A stretch of 29,620 nt of DNA from a virus (Duplodnaviria; Caudoviricetes). Location of the stretch: positions 1-29,620 of IMG/VR virus record IMGVR_UViG_3300044676_004539. The stretch is one strand, 5' to 3'. The notes under the pieces were generated by a model. The model searched no databases. It was not told the origin of the DNA and worked only from the letters and a program-made list of their open reading frames with translations. Positions 19,487 to 27,126 of the stretch are shown here, in pieces (the stretch's first letter is position 1; the number at the start of each line of letters is the position of its first letter). The position numbers and the translations under genes are program-made.

Positions 19487-20933
19487 AACAAAACCATTTA
19501 ATCATCAGCTGCAAGCATTGGGTTGTAGTTGGGACAAAACTAATTTTGCATACTTCATGGAAATGGGGACAGGCAAATCGAAAGTATTAATTGATAATAT
19601 TGCCATGCTCTATGACCAGGGCAAAATTAATTCTGCCGTTGTGATTGCACCCAAAGGGGTGTATCGAAACTGGGAACGATTAGAAATTCCTAATCACTTA
19701 CCCGATCACATCACGACAAGAATTACCACTTGGGTGGCACCGAGTTCTCGTAACAAAGAAGATCAAAAGAATATCGATAAGCTATCAGAAACTTTTGACG
19801 GCTTAGATATTTTCTTAATGAACGTTGAGGCTCTATCGAGTAAACCCGCTGCTGAATTTCTATCCAGATATTTAAACTCAACCAATAGTTTGTTAGCGGT
19901 AGATGAAAGCACCACAATCAAAACACAAAGTGCAGGACGTACAAAAAATATTGTGAAAGTTGCACGCCTCGCTAAGTACAGAAGAATATTGACAGGATCT
20001 CCCGTCACTAAAAATCCTATGGATTTATATTCGCAGTGTGCTTTCTTAGACGAAGACCTTTTAGGTTTTGCATCTTACTATGCTTACAAAGCGAGATACG
20101 CTATCGAAGTAAAAAGACATACGTCGACTCATGCGTTTCCTCATATTGTGGGATTTAGAAATTTAGATGAGTTATCCAGGAAGCTAGCGTTCTTTTCTTT
20201 TCGAGTATTGAAAGAGGACTGTTTAGATTTGCCAGCGAAAATTTATTCACCCAGGTATATCGAACTAACCAAGGAACAAGAGAAAGCGTACAATGATCTA
20301 GCGACGTTTGCGATTACGCAGCTCGAGGGACAGACGCTCACGGTTAATAATACAATGACCATGTTGCTTCGATTACATCAGATTACTTGTGGCTACTTGC
20401 CCACGGACGACGGCCAACCGAGCATTCCTTTGAAGAACAATCGCATGGACGAACTCATGAATGTTCTCGAAGAAACAGAAGGTAAAGTTATTATCTGGGC
20501 AAACTATCGACAAAGTATTTTTGATATCAAAGATGCATTGGCAAAAAAGTTTGGTGACGATTCTGTTGAGACTTACTTTGGAGATACCAAGGATCAAGAC
20601 CGACAGGAAATTGTCAGAAAGTTTCAGGACCCCGAAAGTCCTGTAAGGTTTTTCGTAGCCAACCAACAAACCGGTGGCTACGGATTGACACTAACAGCTG
20701 CTCATACGGTTGTTTATTTTTCTAACAATTATGATTTAGAAAAAAGAATACAATCAGAAGATCGAGCACACAGAATAGGTCAAAAGAATAATGTGACCTA
20801 TATAGATATAATTTGTGAGAATACAGTTGATGAAAATATCGTAGCGAGCCTACGAAATAAAATTGACCTAGCATCACAATCATTAGGAGAAACGCTAAAA
20901 GAATGGCTAATAGAAAGCAAAAAGAAAAAGTAA
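19470..20933 (+). CDS. SNF2-family (SF2) helicase/ATPase
   Basis: MEMGTGKS, VDEST, LTGSP, GGYGLTL, QSEDRAHRIGQ; AGGAGG SD. Confidence 0.92.
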   Translation: MYPNFKTKPFNHQLQALGCSWDKTNFAYFMEMGTGKSKVLIDNIAMLYDQGKINSAVVIAPKGVYRNWERLEIPNHLPDHITTRITTWVAPSSRNKEDQKNIDKLSETFDGLDIFLMNVEALSSKPAAEFLSRYLNSTNSLLAVDESTTIKTQSAGRTKNIVKVARLAKYRRILTGSPVTKNPMDLYSQCAFLDEDLLGFASYYAYKARYAIEVKRHTSTHAFPHIVGFRNLDELSRKLAFFSFRVLKEDCLDLPAKIYSPRYIELTKEQEKAYNDLATFAITQLEGQTLTVNNTMTMLLRLHQITCGYLPTDDGQPSIPLKNNRMDELMNVLEETEGKVIIWANYRQSIFDIKDALAKKFGDDSVETYFGDTKDQDRQEIVRKFQDPESPVRFFVANQQTGGYGLTLTAAHTVVYFSNNYDLEKRIQSEDRAHRIGQKNNVTYIDIICENTVDENIVASLRNKIDLASQSLGETLKEWLIESKKKK

Positions 20934-21376
20934 GTTATTACTTTGCGTATGGTTCAAACATGAATCATAAGCATATGAAAATGAGATGTCCTAAGTCAGA
21001 GTACGTAGGCAAATTTACTCTACAAGGATACGAACTTGTATTCAGAGGAGTTGCAGATGTTCAAGAATCTGAAGGTAAATCTGTACCTGGGGGACTATTT
21101 AAAATAACACCCGAGTGTGAAACAGCATTAGATTTCTATGAAGGATACCCAAACCTTTATACCAAGAAATATCATTGGCAGTTTCATAAAGATGATGAGA
21201 AGTACGTAGACGACAAGATTATGTTTTACAGCATGGTCGACAAGCAAGTTGTTTACCCACCTGGAGAAGGATATTTAAGTACCATTCTTCAAGGATATAA
21301 TGACTGTGAAATACCAATGGAGAATAGAAAAGGGATAACAGAAGCCTTAAATTTTTCTATCACAAGACTTGACTAA
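20903..21376 (+). CDS. Gamma-glutamylcyclotransferase (GGCT/AIG2-like)
   Basis: YFAYGSNM signature and LDFYEGYP catalytic region. Confidence 0.88.
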   Translation: MANRKQKEKVSYYFAYGSNMNHKHMKMRCPKSEYVGKFTLQGYELVFRGVADVQESEGKSVPGGLFKITPECETALDFYEGYPNLYTKKYHWQFHKDDEKYVDDKIMFYSMVDKQVVYPPGEGYLSTILQGYNDCEIPMENRKGITEALNFSITRLD

Positions 21377-21396
21377 ACTACATATTAATATATATT
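21368..21396 (+). promoter_or_regulatory. Sigma70-type promoter
   Basis: TTGACT-N16-TATATT upstream of an AGGAG SD and ATG 21416. Confidence 0.45.
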
Positions 21397-21415
21397 TATA
21401 TAATAGGAGAAAGAA

Positions 21416-21562
21416 ATGACGGACACCAACAAGTATAAGTCAATTATCGTAAGAATAGAAACACACACAAAGCTAAAGAAGTTAGCGGGAAAAGATCGAA
21501 AGATCTCTGGTATTGTTTCTAGTTTAGTTGACAAAGAATATGATAAGAGAAAGGCAATATAG
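21416..21562 (+). CDS. 48-aa ribbon-helix-helix-like regulator MTDTNKYKSIIVRIETHTKLKKLAGKDRKISGIVSSLVDKEYDKRKAI (not in ORF track)
   Basis: Hand translation; AGGAG SD; beta-strand KSIIV followed by two amphipathic helices. Confidence 0.65.
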   Translation: MTDTNKYKSIIVRIETHTKLKKLAGKDRKISGIVSSLVDKEYDKRKAI

Positions 21563-21804
21563 TGATAGTTAAACATATGCAGAAGAAAGAAAAGATGCTG
21601 AAGATTGCTGAAGCAGCTATTGAAAACAAAACTAAAATGGAACCAAACTTTACTTCAACAGAAAGTTTGATTAACCAATGGTTAGCAGAAGTTTTTGATT
21701 ACGCTTATGGTTTAGGTGAAGCATCTGGGTTGATGATTGCTCAAAACATGATTAAGAGCACGGATACTCAAATCAATAATATCCTCAAGAAGGATCCTCA
21801 GTAA
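21562..21804 (+). CDS. Hypothetical protein
   Basis: 80 aa, coupled to the RHH gene; start could be ATG 21577. Confidence 0.6.
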   Translation: MIVKHMQKKEKMLKIAEAAIENKTKMEPNFTSTESLINQWLAEVFDYAYGLGEASGLMIAQNMIKSTDTQINNILKKDPQ

Positions 21805-21806
21805 TG

Positions 21807-22054
21807 AGGAGAAGGGGTATAGTAATAACAATTTTTTAGGGCTAAGGCTCGGAAAGGTGTGTTGTTGCAAAAACTCTAGTCTAGTGTCTCTTGCAAAAAT
21901 CTAAACTAGAATATCCCTTCTCCTGATTACTGACAGCGAGAGTTGGTAATCTTCTCAGAAGTCTACCTCCCAAATCAGATGGATGAGACCTTTGATTCAC
22001 TCGCACGAACGGACTAGGGGCAGAAAGGAGCTAGGAACCCTCAAACCCCTAGTC
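21807..22054 (+). ncRNA. Candidate multi-stem structured RNA, family not recognised
   Basis: Six helices found by hand, several abutting, with G-U pairs on the + strand (see findings). Confidence 0.6.
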
Positions 22055-22072
22055 TTAAAAGAAAGGAAAATC

Positions 22073-22183
22073 ATGGACAAAAATTTATTAAAAGAACTGA
22101 CAGTCGAGCAGCTTAAAACCCTTGAAAATCAAGTAAAACAAGAGATCTCCAGGAGAACGATTGCAATTGTTGACAAGGAATAA
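22073..22183 (+). CDS. 36-aa peptide MDKNLLKELTVEQLKTLENQVKQEISRRTIAIVDKE
   Basis: GAAAGGA SD before ATG 22073, a better start than 21983. Confidence 0.55.
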   Translation: MDKNLLKELTVEQLKTLENQVKQEISRRTIAIVDKE

Positions 22184-22197
22184 TTTATTACTAATCT
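22170..22197 (+). promoter_or_regulatory. Promoter with a palindromic operator in its spacer
   Basis: TTGACA-N16-TAATCT; the spacer contains GGAATAATTTATTAC. Confidence 0.5.
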
Positions 22198-22202
22198 TTA
22201 AT

Positions 22203-22275
22203 TGTACTTAGGCACTAAAAGTACAGACATTACTCCGCATATGTTGAAGGGGGGATTTCGGTCCCCCCTTTTTTT
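22203..22275 (+). ncRNA. Candidate ~70-nt small RNA
   Basis: Lies between a promoter and a terminator; 5' hairpin TGTACTT/AAGTACA; no ORF. Confidence 0.45.
22247..22275 (+). terminator. Rho-independent terminator
   Basis: GGGGGGAT-TTCG-GTCCCCCC followed by T7. Confidence 0.9.
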
Positions 22276-22286
22276 ATGCCCGAATA

Positions 22287-22318
22287 GGAATTAATTATCT
22301 ATTTAATTCCCATTGACA
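22287..22318 (+). promoter_or_regulatory. Inverted repeat next to a -35 box
   Basis: GGAATTAA-N8-TTAATTCC just upstream of TTGACA (22313-22318). Confidence 0.4.
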
Positions 22319-22354
22319 TTTACTGTTTTATTTATCTAAAAAAACTATATAAAT

Positions 22355-22639
22355 ATGGATAAGAGCGGGAGTGTTTACCCTGTTTCGATCTCCCGCTTTT
22401 ACAAGGACAACATTATGTTGAACGAGATAAAAACAAAAATCGTCCTCGCTGTCCAACGACAACGAATGTACGATCCGGTATTGAAAGATACAGTCGATAA
22501 AGTCCTAGTGACTTTTAATGACGGGCAAGTTAACGGATACCTCGCTGATGAGTGGGATAATCTAATGACTCAGGTAGATTCAATGCTAGAGAAGGCTTTT
22601 ATTTTGGAGCCTAAAGCTAGTAGACCGCAGCTAGACTAA
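22355..22639 (+). CDS. Hypothetical protein
   Basis: ORF track; likelier start is ATG 22415 after AAGGA. Confidence 0.6.
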   Translation: MDKSGSVYPVSISRFYKDNIMLNEIKTKIVLAVQRQRMYDPVLKDTVDKVLVTFNDGQVNGYLADEWDNLMTQVDSMLEKAFILEPKASRPQLD

Positions 22640-22640
22640 C

Positions 22641-22790
22641 CTAGCTGTCCCGATCTTTCTTCTTTTTGCAAGCACAGTCTTCGCCACAAGAACAGTTTCC
22701 CTTGGAAATTTTGTTTTGTAATGACGCTATGTATAGATTTCTTAACTCTGTTGGAAGAAGTGCTTGGTGATTTAATTCATATTTTTTCAT
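22641..22790 (-). CDS. 49-aa protein with Cys cluster, MKKYELNHQALLPTELRNLYIASLQNKISKGNCSCGEDCACKKKKDRDS (not in ORF track)
   Basis: Hand translation; AAGG SD and an upstream TGaTATACT extended -10. Confidence 0.6.
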   Translation of the reverse strand: MKKYELNHQALLPTELRNLYIASLQNKISKGNCSCGEDCACKKKKDRDS

Positions 22791-22889
22791 TGTTAACGCC
22801 TTTTATTTAGTGGGAAACTTTAGTATATCAAACTTCGATACTAAATTTCTACCTCTTTATTTAGTATTTATACAAATAAATATCTTGAC

Positions 22890-23195
22890 TTAGAGAATTA
22901 TTTTTTTGTCCACGATCCACTGCCCTGGGATCACGGTCACCCGACCAACGTCTTTATCAATTTGATTGGAGCCGATATCAGCTGCCAAAATAATGTAGTC
23001 TTTCGTTTCTTTAAGAACGTAGCCAACAGAACGGACTTCGGGAGGTTTGATTTTGAGTGCTTCTTCAAGATCTAACCAACCCGATTCCATTTCATAGGCG
23101 TCTAGCCACCTAATTTCATAGAGTTTTGACCTGGGATCAGCTTTAGACTGTCCGCTATCTCGTTGCTCCGATCGTTCTTTACTTGGGCGAACCAT
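22890..23195 (-). CDS. Hypothetical phage protein
   Basis: IRWLDA...GW...VRSVGY...IILAAD...IP pattern; overlaps the upstream gene by 94 nt. Confidence 0.65.
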   Translation of the reverse strand: MVRPSKERSEQRDSGQSKADPRSKLYEIRWLDAYEMESGWLDLEEALKIKPPEVRSVGYVLKETKDYIILAADIGSNQIDKDVGRVTVIPGQWIVDKKIIL

Positions 23196-23740
23196 GCTTC
23201 CCGACCTTTGAGTATGTTAAATCTGTCAATTCCAAATTTCGCAAATCCTTTTGCAGCTCCCTGCATCACAGACTCCCAGTCTACATCATCTCCGACCATG
23301 ATTCCACCGTCTTTTATCTTCGGCCACCAGTTCTCGACATCATCTTGAACGGCTTCCATAGTATGGGCACCGTCTACGATAACCCCAAAAACACTATTAT
23401 CGTCAAAAGAATTAAGAATATTTTGGTTATCTGATCTGTTGACATTGACTACCACCCTTTCTTGATCAATATAGTCCCCTAAATTCCTCATAAAATCGTC
23501 GTACATGGAGTTTAAGTTCACGGTTGAGTGTTCCATACCCGAGCCTTCAAAAGTGTCTATCACATGCACTTTAACCTTGTGTTTTCCTGCATAATCTAAG
23601 CTGTCCATCAAAAATCTAGTCGATCTGCCAGCGAAACAACCTATTTCCACAATATCATCACCGTCTTCACAGTATTTCACGAGGTTCATATAGGCGTCGT
23701 GCATATTAAACCATCCAGGTATATCTAAATATTTATACAT
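23102..23740 (-). CDS. Class I SAM-dependent methyltransferase (Methyltransf_24-like)
   Basis: VEIGCFAGRST, IDTF, VDGAH and GGIMVGDD motifs. Confidence 0.85.
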   Translation of the reverse strand: MYKYLDIPGWFNMHDAYMNLVKYCEDGDDIVEIGCFAGRSTRFLMDSLDYAGKHKVKVHVIDTFEGSGMEHSTVNLNSMYDDFMRNLGDYIDQERVVVNVNRSDNQNILNSFDDNSVFGVIVDGAHTMEAVQDDVENWWPKIKDGGIMVGDDVDWESVMQGAAKGFAKFGIDRFNILKGREAWFAQVKNDRSNEIADSLKLIPGQNSMKLGG

Positions 23741-23742
23741 TT

Positions 23743-23979
23743 CTACCGTACCTCCTTTCTATTATCCATATCTCTCCAGAAGCGATCACTTACTGTATTT
23801 TTCTTTGATCCCGAATCTCTGTGATTATCTCGGTATCCTTCTATGTATGTTTCTAACATCACTGTATGTATTATATCGGAAAATTTTTTCCTATTTTCTT
23901 GAGTAAGTTTAAATAATTTTTTTCTCTTTGCTTCGTCTAATCCTCTTCTGATTAAACTATTTCTTGTTGTTATGTCCAT
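23743..23979 (-). CDS. Hypothetical protein
   Basis: 78 aa, coupled operon member. Confidence 0.55.
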   Translation of the reverse strand: MDITTRNSLIRRGLDEAKRKKLFKLTQENRKKFSDIIHTVMLETYIEGYRDNHRDSGSKKNTVSDRFWRDMDNRKEVR

Positions 23980-24176
23980 TAGTCTTTTCCTTTCGACATT
24001 TCGATTGCTGCTTCCATCATCACAGCCTGCATATTGGTAAAGTAATTTTTACCCATAAGTTTTTCTGCGAGTTTTCTGGCTCGCTTTCTTTTATCCGTTT
24101 GATAGGCGTATCGAACAGAAGTTCCTCTCCCGTCTTGATACTCATGAATCGGACTTACTTTTTTTCTTGTTCCCAT
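23979..24176 (-). CDS. Hypothetical basic protein
   Basis: Likely ATG 24176 after GGAGGGG; ORF track extends it to 24236. Confidence 0.55.
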   Translation of the reverse strand: MGTRKKVSPIHEYQDGRGTSVRYAYQTDKRKRARKLAEKLMGKNYFTNMQAVMMEAAIEMSKGKD

Positions 24177-24421
24177 GCTATCCCCTCCATTGGATGTGTG
24201 TCTACACCTGGAATCCAATATGGAACTCTTAACCAAGCGTATTCGTTAATTAGTTTTAATGCTATGTGATCGTATTTGTATTTTCGATCTGCGTTTTGAA
24301 TCGCACCATCTAAATCATTGTTCTTCATCCAATTCTTCATGGCGTCTCGATATTCTTCAACGTCTTTAGGTTTAAACTTCTGTGATGTAGCCAACCTTTC
24401 TAAATTATTATTAAGACGCAT
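24155..24421 (-). CDS. Hypothetical protein
   Basis: AAGGAG SD before ATG 24421. Confidence 0.6.
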   Translation of the reverse strand: MRLNNNLERLATSQKFKPKDVEEYRDAMKNWMKNNDLDGAIQNADRKYKYDHIALKLINEYAWLRVPYWIPGVDTHPMEGIAWEQEKK

Positions 24422-24596
24422 AGCTGCTCCTTTCACATGATGCATTGAATGTTTCTAAATCCATAAAGTCTTGATTGAGTTCTTCGACTTTCTGTTCGCA
24501 CATCTGCTGACTTTTCATTTCTTCCTTCATGAAAAGACATTCTGTTTGTCCGTCATTCGGTAAACAAAGATGTAATAAAAGAATGATTGTTTCCAT
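24411..24596 (-). CDS. Small four-Cys protein with hydrophobic N-terminus
   Basis: METIILLLHLC start; Cys at 11, 20, 33 and 54. Confidence 0.6.
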   Translation of the reverse strand: METIILLLHLCLPNDGQTECLFMKEEMKSQQMCEQKVEELNQDFMDLETFNASCERSSYAS

Positions 24597-24718
24597 TATC
24601 GTTTCATCTTTCTGATATTATTTCTTTTCTTTTTGGCTCGCTTCATCGCAGCTACGTTCTGTAGTCTATTCGATCTACCAATCGCACGAATGACTCTTTT
24701 ATTTCCTGGTACTGGCAT
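24596..24718 (-). CDS. 40-aa highly basic peptide MPVPGNKRVIRAIGRSNRLQNVAAMKRAKKKRNNIRKMKR (not in ORF track)
   Basis: Hand translation; TAATG overlaps at both ends; GGAGG SD. Confidence 0.65.
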   Translation of the reverse strand: MPVPGNKRVIRAIGRSNRLQNVAAMKRAKKKRNNIRKMKR

Positions 24719-24921
24719 TACTCCTCCATTTCTTTCTTCACGACTTCTCGTGATATGTACTTTAGCCCTGGTAGGACTGTTCCTTCATGCTCGACTCCCA
24801 TTCTTTCCACGATATCCACTAAGACATGGATCGTTAAAGGATACGGTAGTCTTGCCACGAACGAATTATCTTTGATAGTTTTTCGTTCTTTCGGTTTTTT
24901 AAATTCTAGAACTTTCTCCAT
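24718..24921 (-). CDS. Hypothetical protein
   Basis: 67 aa, coupled by TAATG, AAGGAG SD. Confidence 0.6.
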   Translation of the reverse strand: MEKVLEFKKPKERKTIKDNSFVARLPYPLTIHVLVDIVERMGVEHEGTVLPGLKYISREVVKKEMEE

Positions 24922-25622
24922 TAGATTCTTGCTCCTTTCTGTAAATTTTCTCTAGCCCAAAGTGGTTGCAAATTGGTGTAGTGAAAACATTTCTTTTGCT
25001 CTGACGGTTTCGTCAAATCAAAACTTGCACAAGGAATGATATGATCAATATGCCAATCACCATAGTTTTTTAATGTCATTCCTTTTTGAAACTTTTTTTC
25101 TAAATGTTTAACAAATCCTTCAACGGAAATACCTAATAGGTCTAGAGTAGAGGCTTGCTTATTTGTTTTCAATTTTCTCATCATCGATGAAACTCTAACT
25201 CTCAACATATTTGTCATTTTAAAAACAGGATCTGTTTTATAATATTTTCTAAACTTTAGCTTATCTCTCAAAGCAATCTTTTCTTTGTTTCTTTCCCTGT
25301 ATGCCTTGCCTTGCTTTCGTTTATTTTCTATGTTGTTGTAATACGATTTTTTATCCAACATACGAAAATGTTCTGGATTATTTTTTCTAGCTTCCCTTTG
25401 TTTTCTGTTTATTTCTTCTCTGTTTTTTTCCACATATTCTCTTCTTTTCTTTAAAAGAAGTTCTTTATTCTCTTCATAACGTTTTTTTCTGTATGCTTTT
25501 ATTCTTTCCTTGTTTTTTTCTGCATATGCTTTTTTCTTATCCTTGTTGTTTTGATAATATAGGTTGATTTTATCTCTGTTCTTTTCTCTCCATCTTCTTT
25601 GTGCCTCATATTTATCTGCCAT
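24921..25622 (-). CDS. HNH/endonuclease VII-like nuclease with K/R/E/Y-rich helical repeats
   Basis: WHIDHIIPC...FHYTNLQPLWARENLQKG; N-terminal Y/W-x-E-K-N-K/R-E/D repeats. Confidence 0.8.
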   Translation of the reverse strand: MADKYEAQRRWREKNRDKINLYYQNNKDKKKAYAEKNKERIKAYRKKRYEENKELLLKKRREYVEKNREEINRKQREARKNNPEHFRMLDKKSYYNNIENKRKQGKAYRERNKEKIALRDKLKFRKYYKTDPVFKMTNMLRVRVSSMMRKLKTNKQASTLDLLGISVEGFVKHLEKKFQKGMTLKNYGDWHIDHIIPCASFDLTKPSEQKKCFHYTNLQPLWARENLQKGARI

Positions 25623-25639
25623 CTTTCTATCCTTTCTAT

Positions 25640-25834
25640 TTACTTCGGGTTAAACAATTCGTCATAAGTGAACTGTTTAGACTCTTCTTCACTAGAGAAG
25701 AATATGTCTATGTAATGGTGTTTATTGTCTTCGATATACTCTTGCATTTGAGGGAGTATTTGTTCTTTGTCCCCGACAAATGTTTTACCATACATCTTGC
25801 CACCCCGTTCTTTGACCTTGATTGTTATATCCAT
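25640..25834 (-). CDS. Hypothetical protein (64 aa)
   Basis: Likely ATG 25834 just downstream of a promoter; the ORF-track extension is low-complexity intergenic DNA. Confidence 0.55.
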   Translation of the reverse strand: MDITIKVKERGGKMYGKTFVGDKEQILPQMQEYIEDNKHHYIDIFFSSEEESKQFTYDELFNPK

Positions 25835-25847
25835 TTCTATATAGGAT

Positions 25848-25876
25848 AATATAGATATTAATTGCCCGTGGTCAAG
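25848..25876 (-). promoter_or_regulatory. Sigma70-type promoter for the leftward accessory operon
   Basis: CTTGACC...CTATATT on the minus strand (TTGACC-N16-TATATT). Confidence 0.5.
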
Positions 25877-26024
25877 GGCTAATGTTATAGAAAGGAGGAA
25901 AAGTATTGGACAGGAAAGGATGACTGCCCACGGCCCAAGGACCACGGAAGAATAGAATACCTCTATAAAGAGGAATTTCTACAAAAATAAAAAAAATATT
26001 TTCAAATTCTACAGATCTCACTCT

Positions 26025-26120
26025 TTCATTCTTCGACAAGCTATTATCATTGATATACTTCAATAGTAGCCAAATATTTCATTCTTCTAGTCATTCTTCT
26101 GAAGAATAACATATTCTTCT
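26025..26120. repeat. Short iteron-like ATTCTTC repeats
   Basis: Direct copies at about 26025, 26078, 26091 and 26112, an inverted GAAGAAT at 26101, next to an A-tract. Confidence 0.5.
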
Positions 26121-26192
26121 GAGGGGGCTCGCAAATCTGAATTGACTTTATATTTTTGTTGATTTTGTTAGATTTCTTCTTATAAGGGAATT

Positions 26193-26804
26193 ATGAAGTT
26201 TAGAAAACCAGGGGATGATATCGTGTTGACTAAAGAGTTGACCGAGATGAGAGATGAACTGACACCAAAACAAATAGCTTTCGCTGAAAACTTAGTTGCT
26301 CAAGAGAATCGAAAAACTGCAACTGAATGTGCTGTTATGGCAGGCTATAATCCTAACTCTGCTAGAATTACAGCATCTAAATTACAAAGTGCCAAAGAGT
26401 TCCCCAAAGTTCATGCTTATATTCGAGCCTTACAGGAAGATCTTTGGAATAAATATAAAATTTCACCGGCTACACACATGAGAAGATTACACGAACTTGG
26501 TCTTCGTGCTGAGAATCCTACCTCAAAAGATATCAATGAGTTTGATATGAAACCAGATCTCAAAACAGCTTTAGCTGCTGAGATTAGTAGAGGTAAAGCA
26601 GCTGGATATTATGAGAAAAAAGAAAAACAAACAGGGAAAGGAATTGATAACTTGACTCTCGAAGAAGTTGATAAGATGTTGCAAGATTTGAGAAAAACTT
26701 CTATCATTGATCAAACCCCTACTGATTTGGATATGGAGGACAATGAATCCAAGGCAGTACAAAGCGACGATCAGCGAGAACAAAGCGATCAACAAATTTC
26801 TTGA
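26193..26804 (+). CDS. terS: Terminase small subunit
   Basis: LTPKQIAFAENLV...ATECAVMAGY...ARITASKL HTH signature. Confidence 0.82.
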   Translation: MKFRKPGDDIVLTKELTEMRDELTPKQIAFAENLVAQENRKTATECAVMAGYNPNSARITASKLQSAKEFPKVHAYIRALQEDLWNKYKISPATHMRRLHELGLRAENPTSKDINEFDMKPDLKTALAAEISRGKAAGYYEKKEKQTGKGIDNLTLEEVDKMLQDLRKTSIIDQTPTDLDMEDNESKAVQSDDQREQSDQQIS

Positions 26805-27126
26805 AGAAGGTTATTACGTCTTTAAAAACTGTTGCGAGCAAGGTCCTATCGATATCGTTGTTGTTAATCCAAAGAATGGTAGAGCACACTTCTTTGATGT
26901 TAAGACATCTCAAGGGAGTAGAATTGTAAATGGCAAGTCGGTTGGTGGGTCGGGAAACAAACTCAAACCTACTCAAAAAGAACTCGGAGTCCGACTTTGT
27001 CTTGTCGAAGGAGAAGAGATTCGCATTGTTGAAAAAAGAGAAACAATCACCAAAAGACAGAAAAAAGAAAACGGCAACCCCTTCCGTAAAGCGAGGAAGG
27101 GAATCAACTTTTTGGAAGAATGTTAG
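26743..27126 (+). CDS. PD-(D/E)XK endonuclease
   Basis: SENKA...GYYVF...GPIDIV...FDVKT; GGAGG SD before ATG 26743. Confidence 0.7.
   Translation: MNPRQYKATISENKAINKFLEEGYYVFKNCCEQGPIDIVVVNPKNGRAHFFDVKTSQGSRIVNGKSVGGSGNKLKPTQKELGVRLCLVEGEEIRIVEKRETITKRQKKENGNPFRKARKGINFLEEC

Noticed and set aside
19890-19925. SNF2 Walker B variant DEST as a sign of inactivation
   Set aside because: The catalytic DE and all other helicase motifs are intact.
21385-21576. 63-aa minus-strand ORF
   Set aside because: Antisense to the better-supported 48-aa RHH-like gene.
21807-22054. tRNA, tmRNA, hammerhead/pistol ribozyme or group I intron
   Set aside because: No cloverleaf or T-loop consensus, no CUGANGA core, no partner for a pistol pseudoknot, and no interrupted gene.
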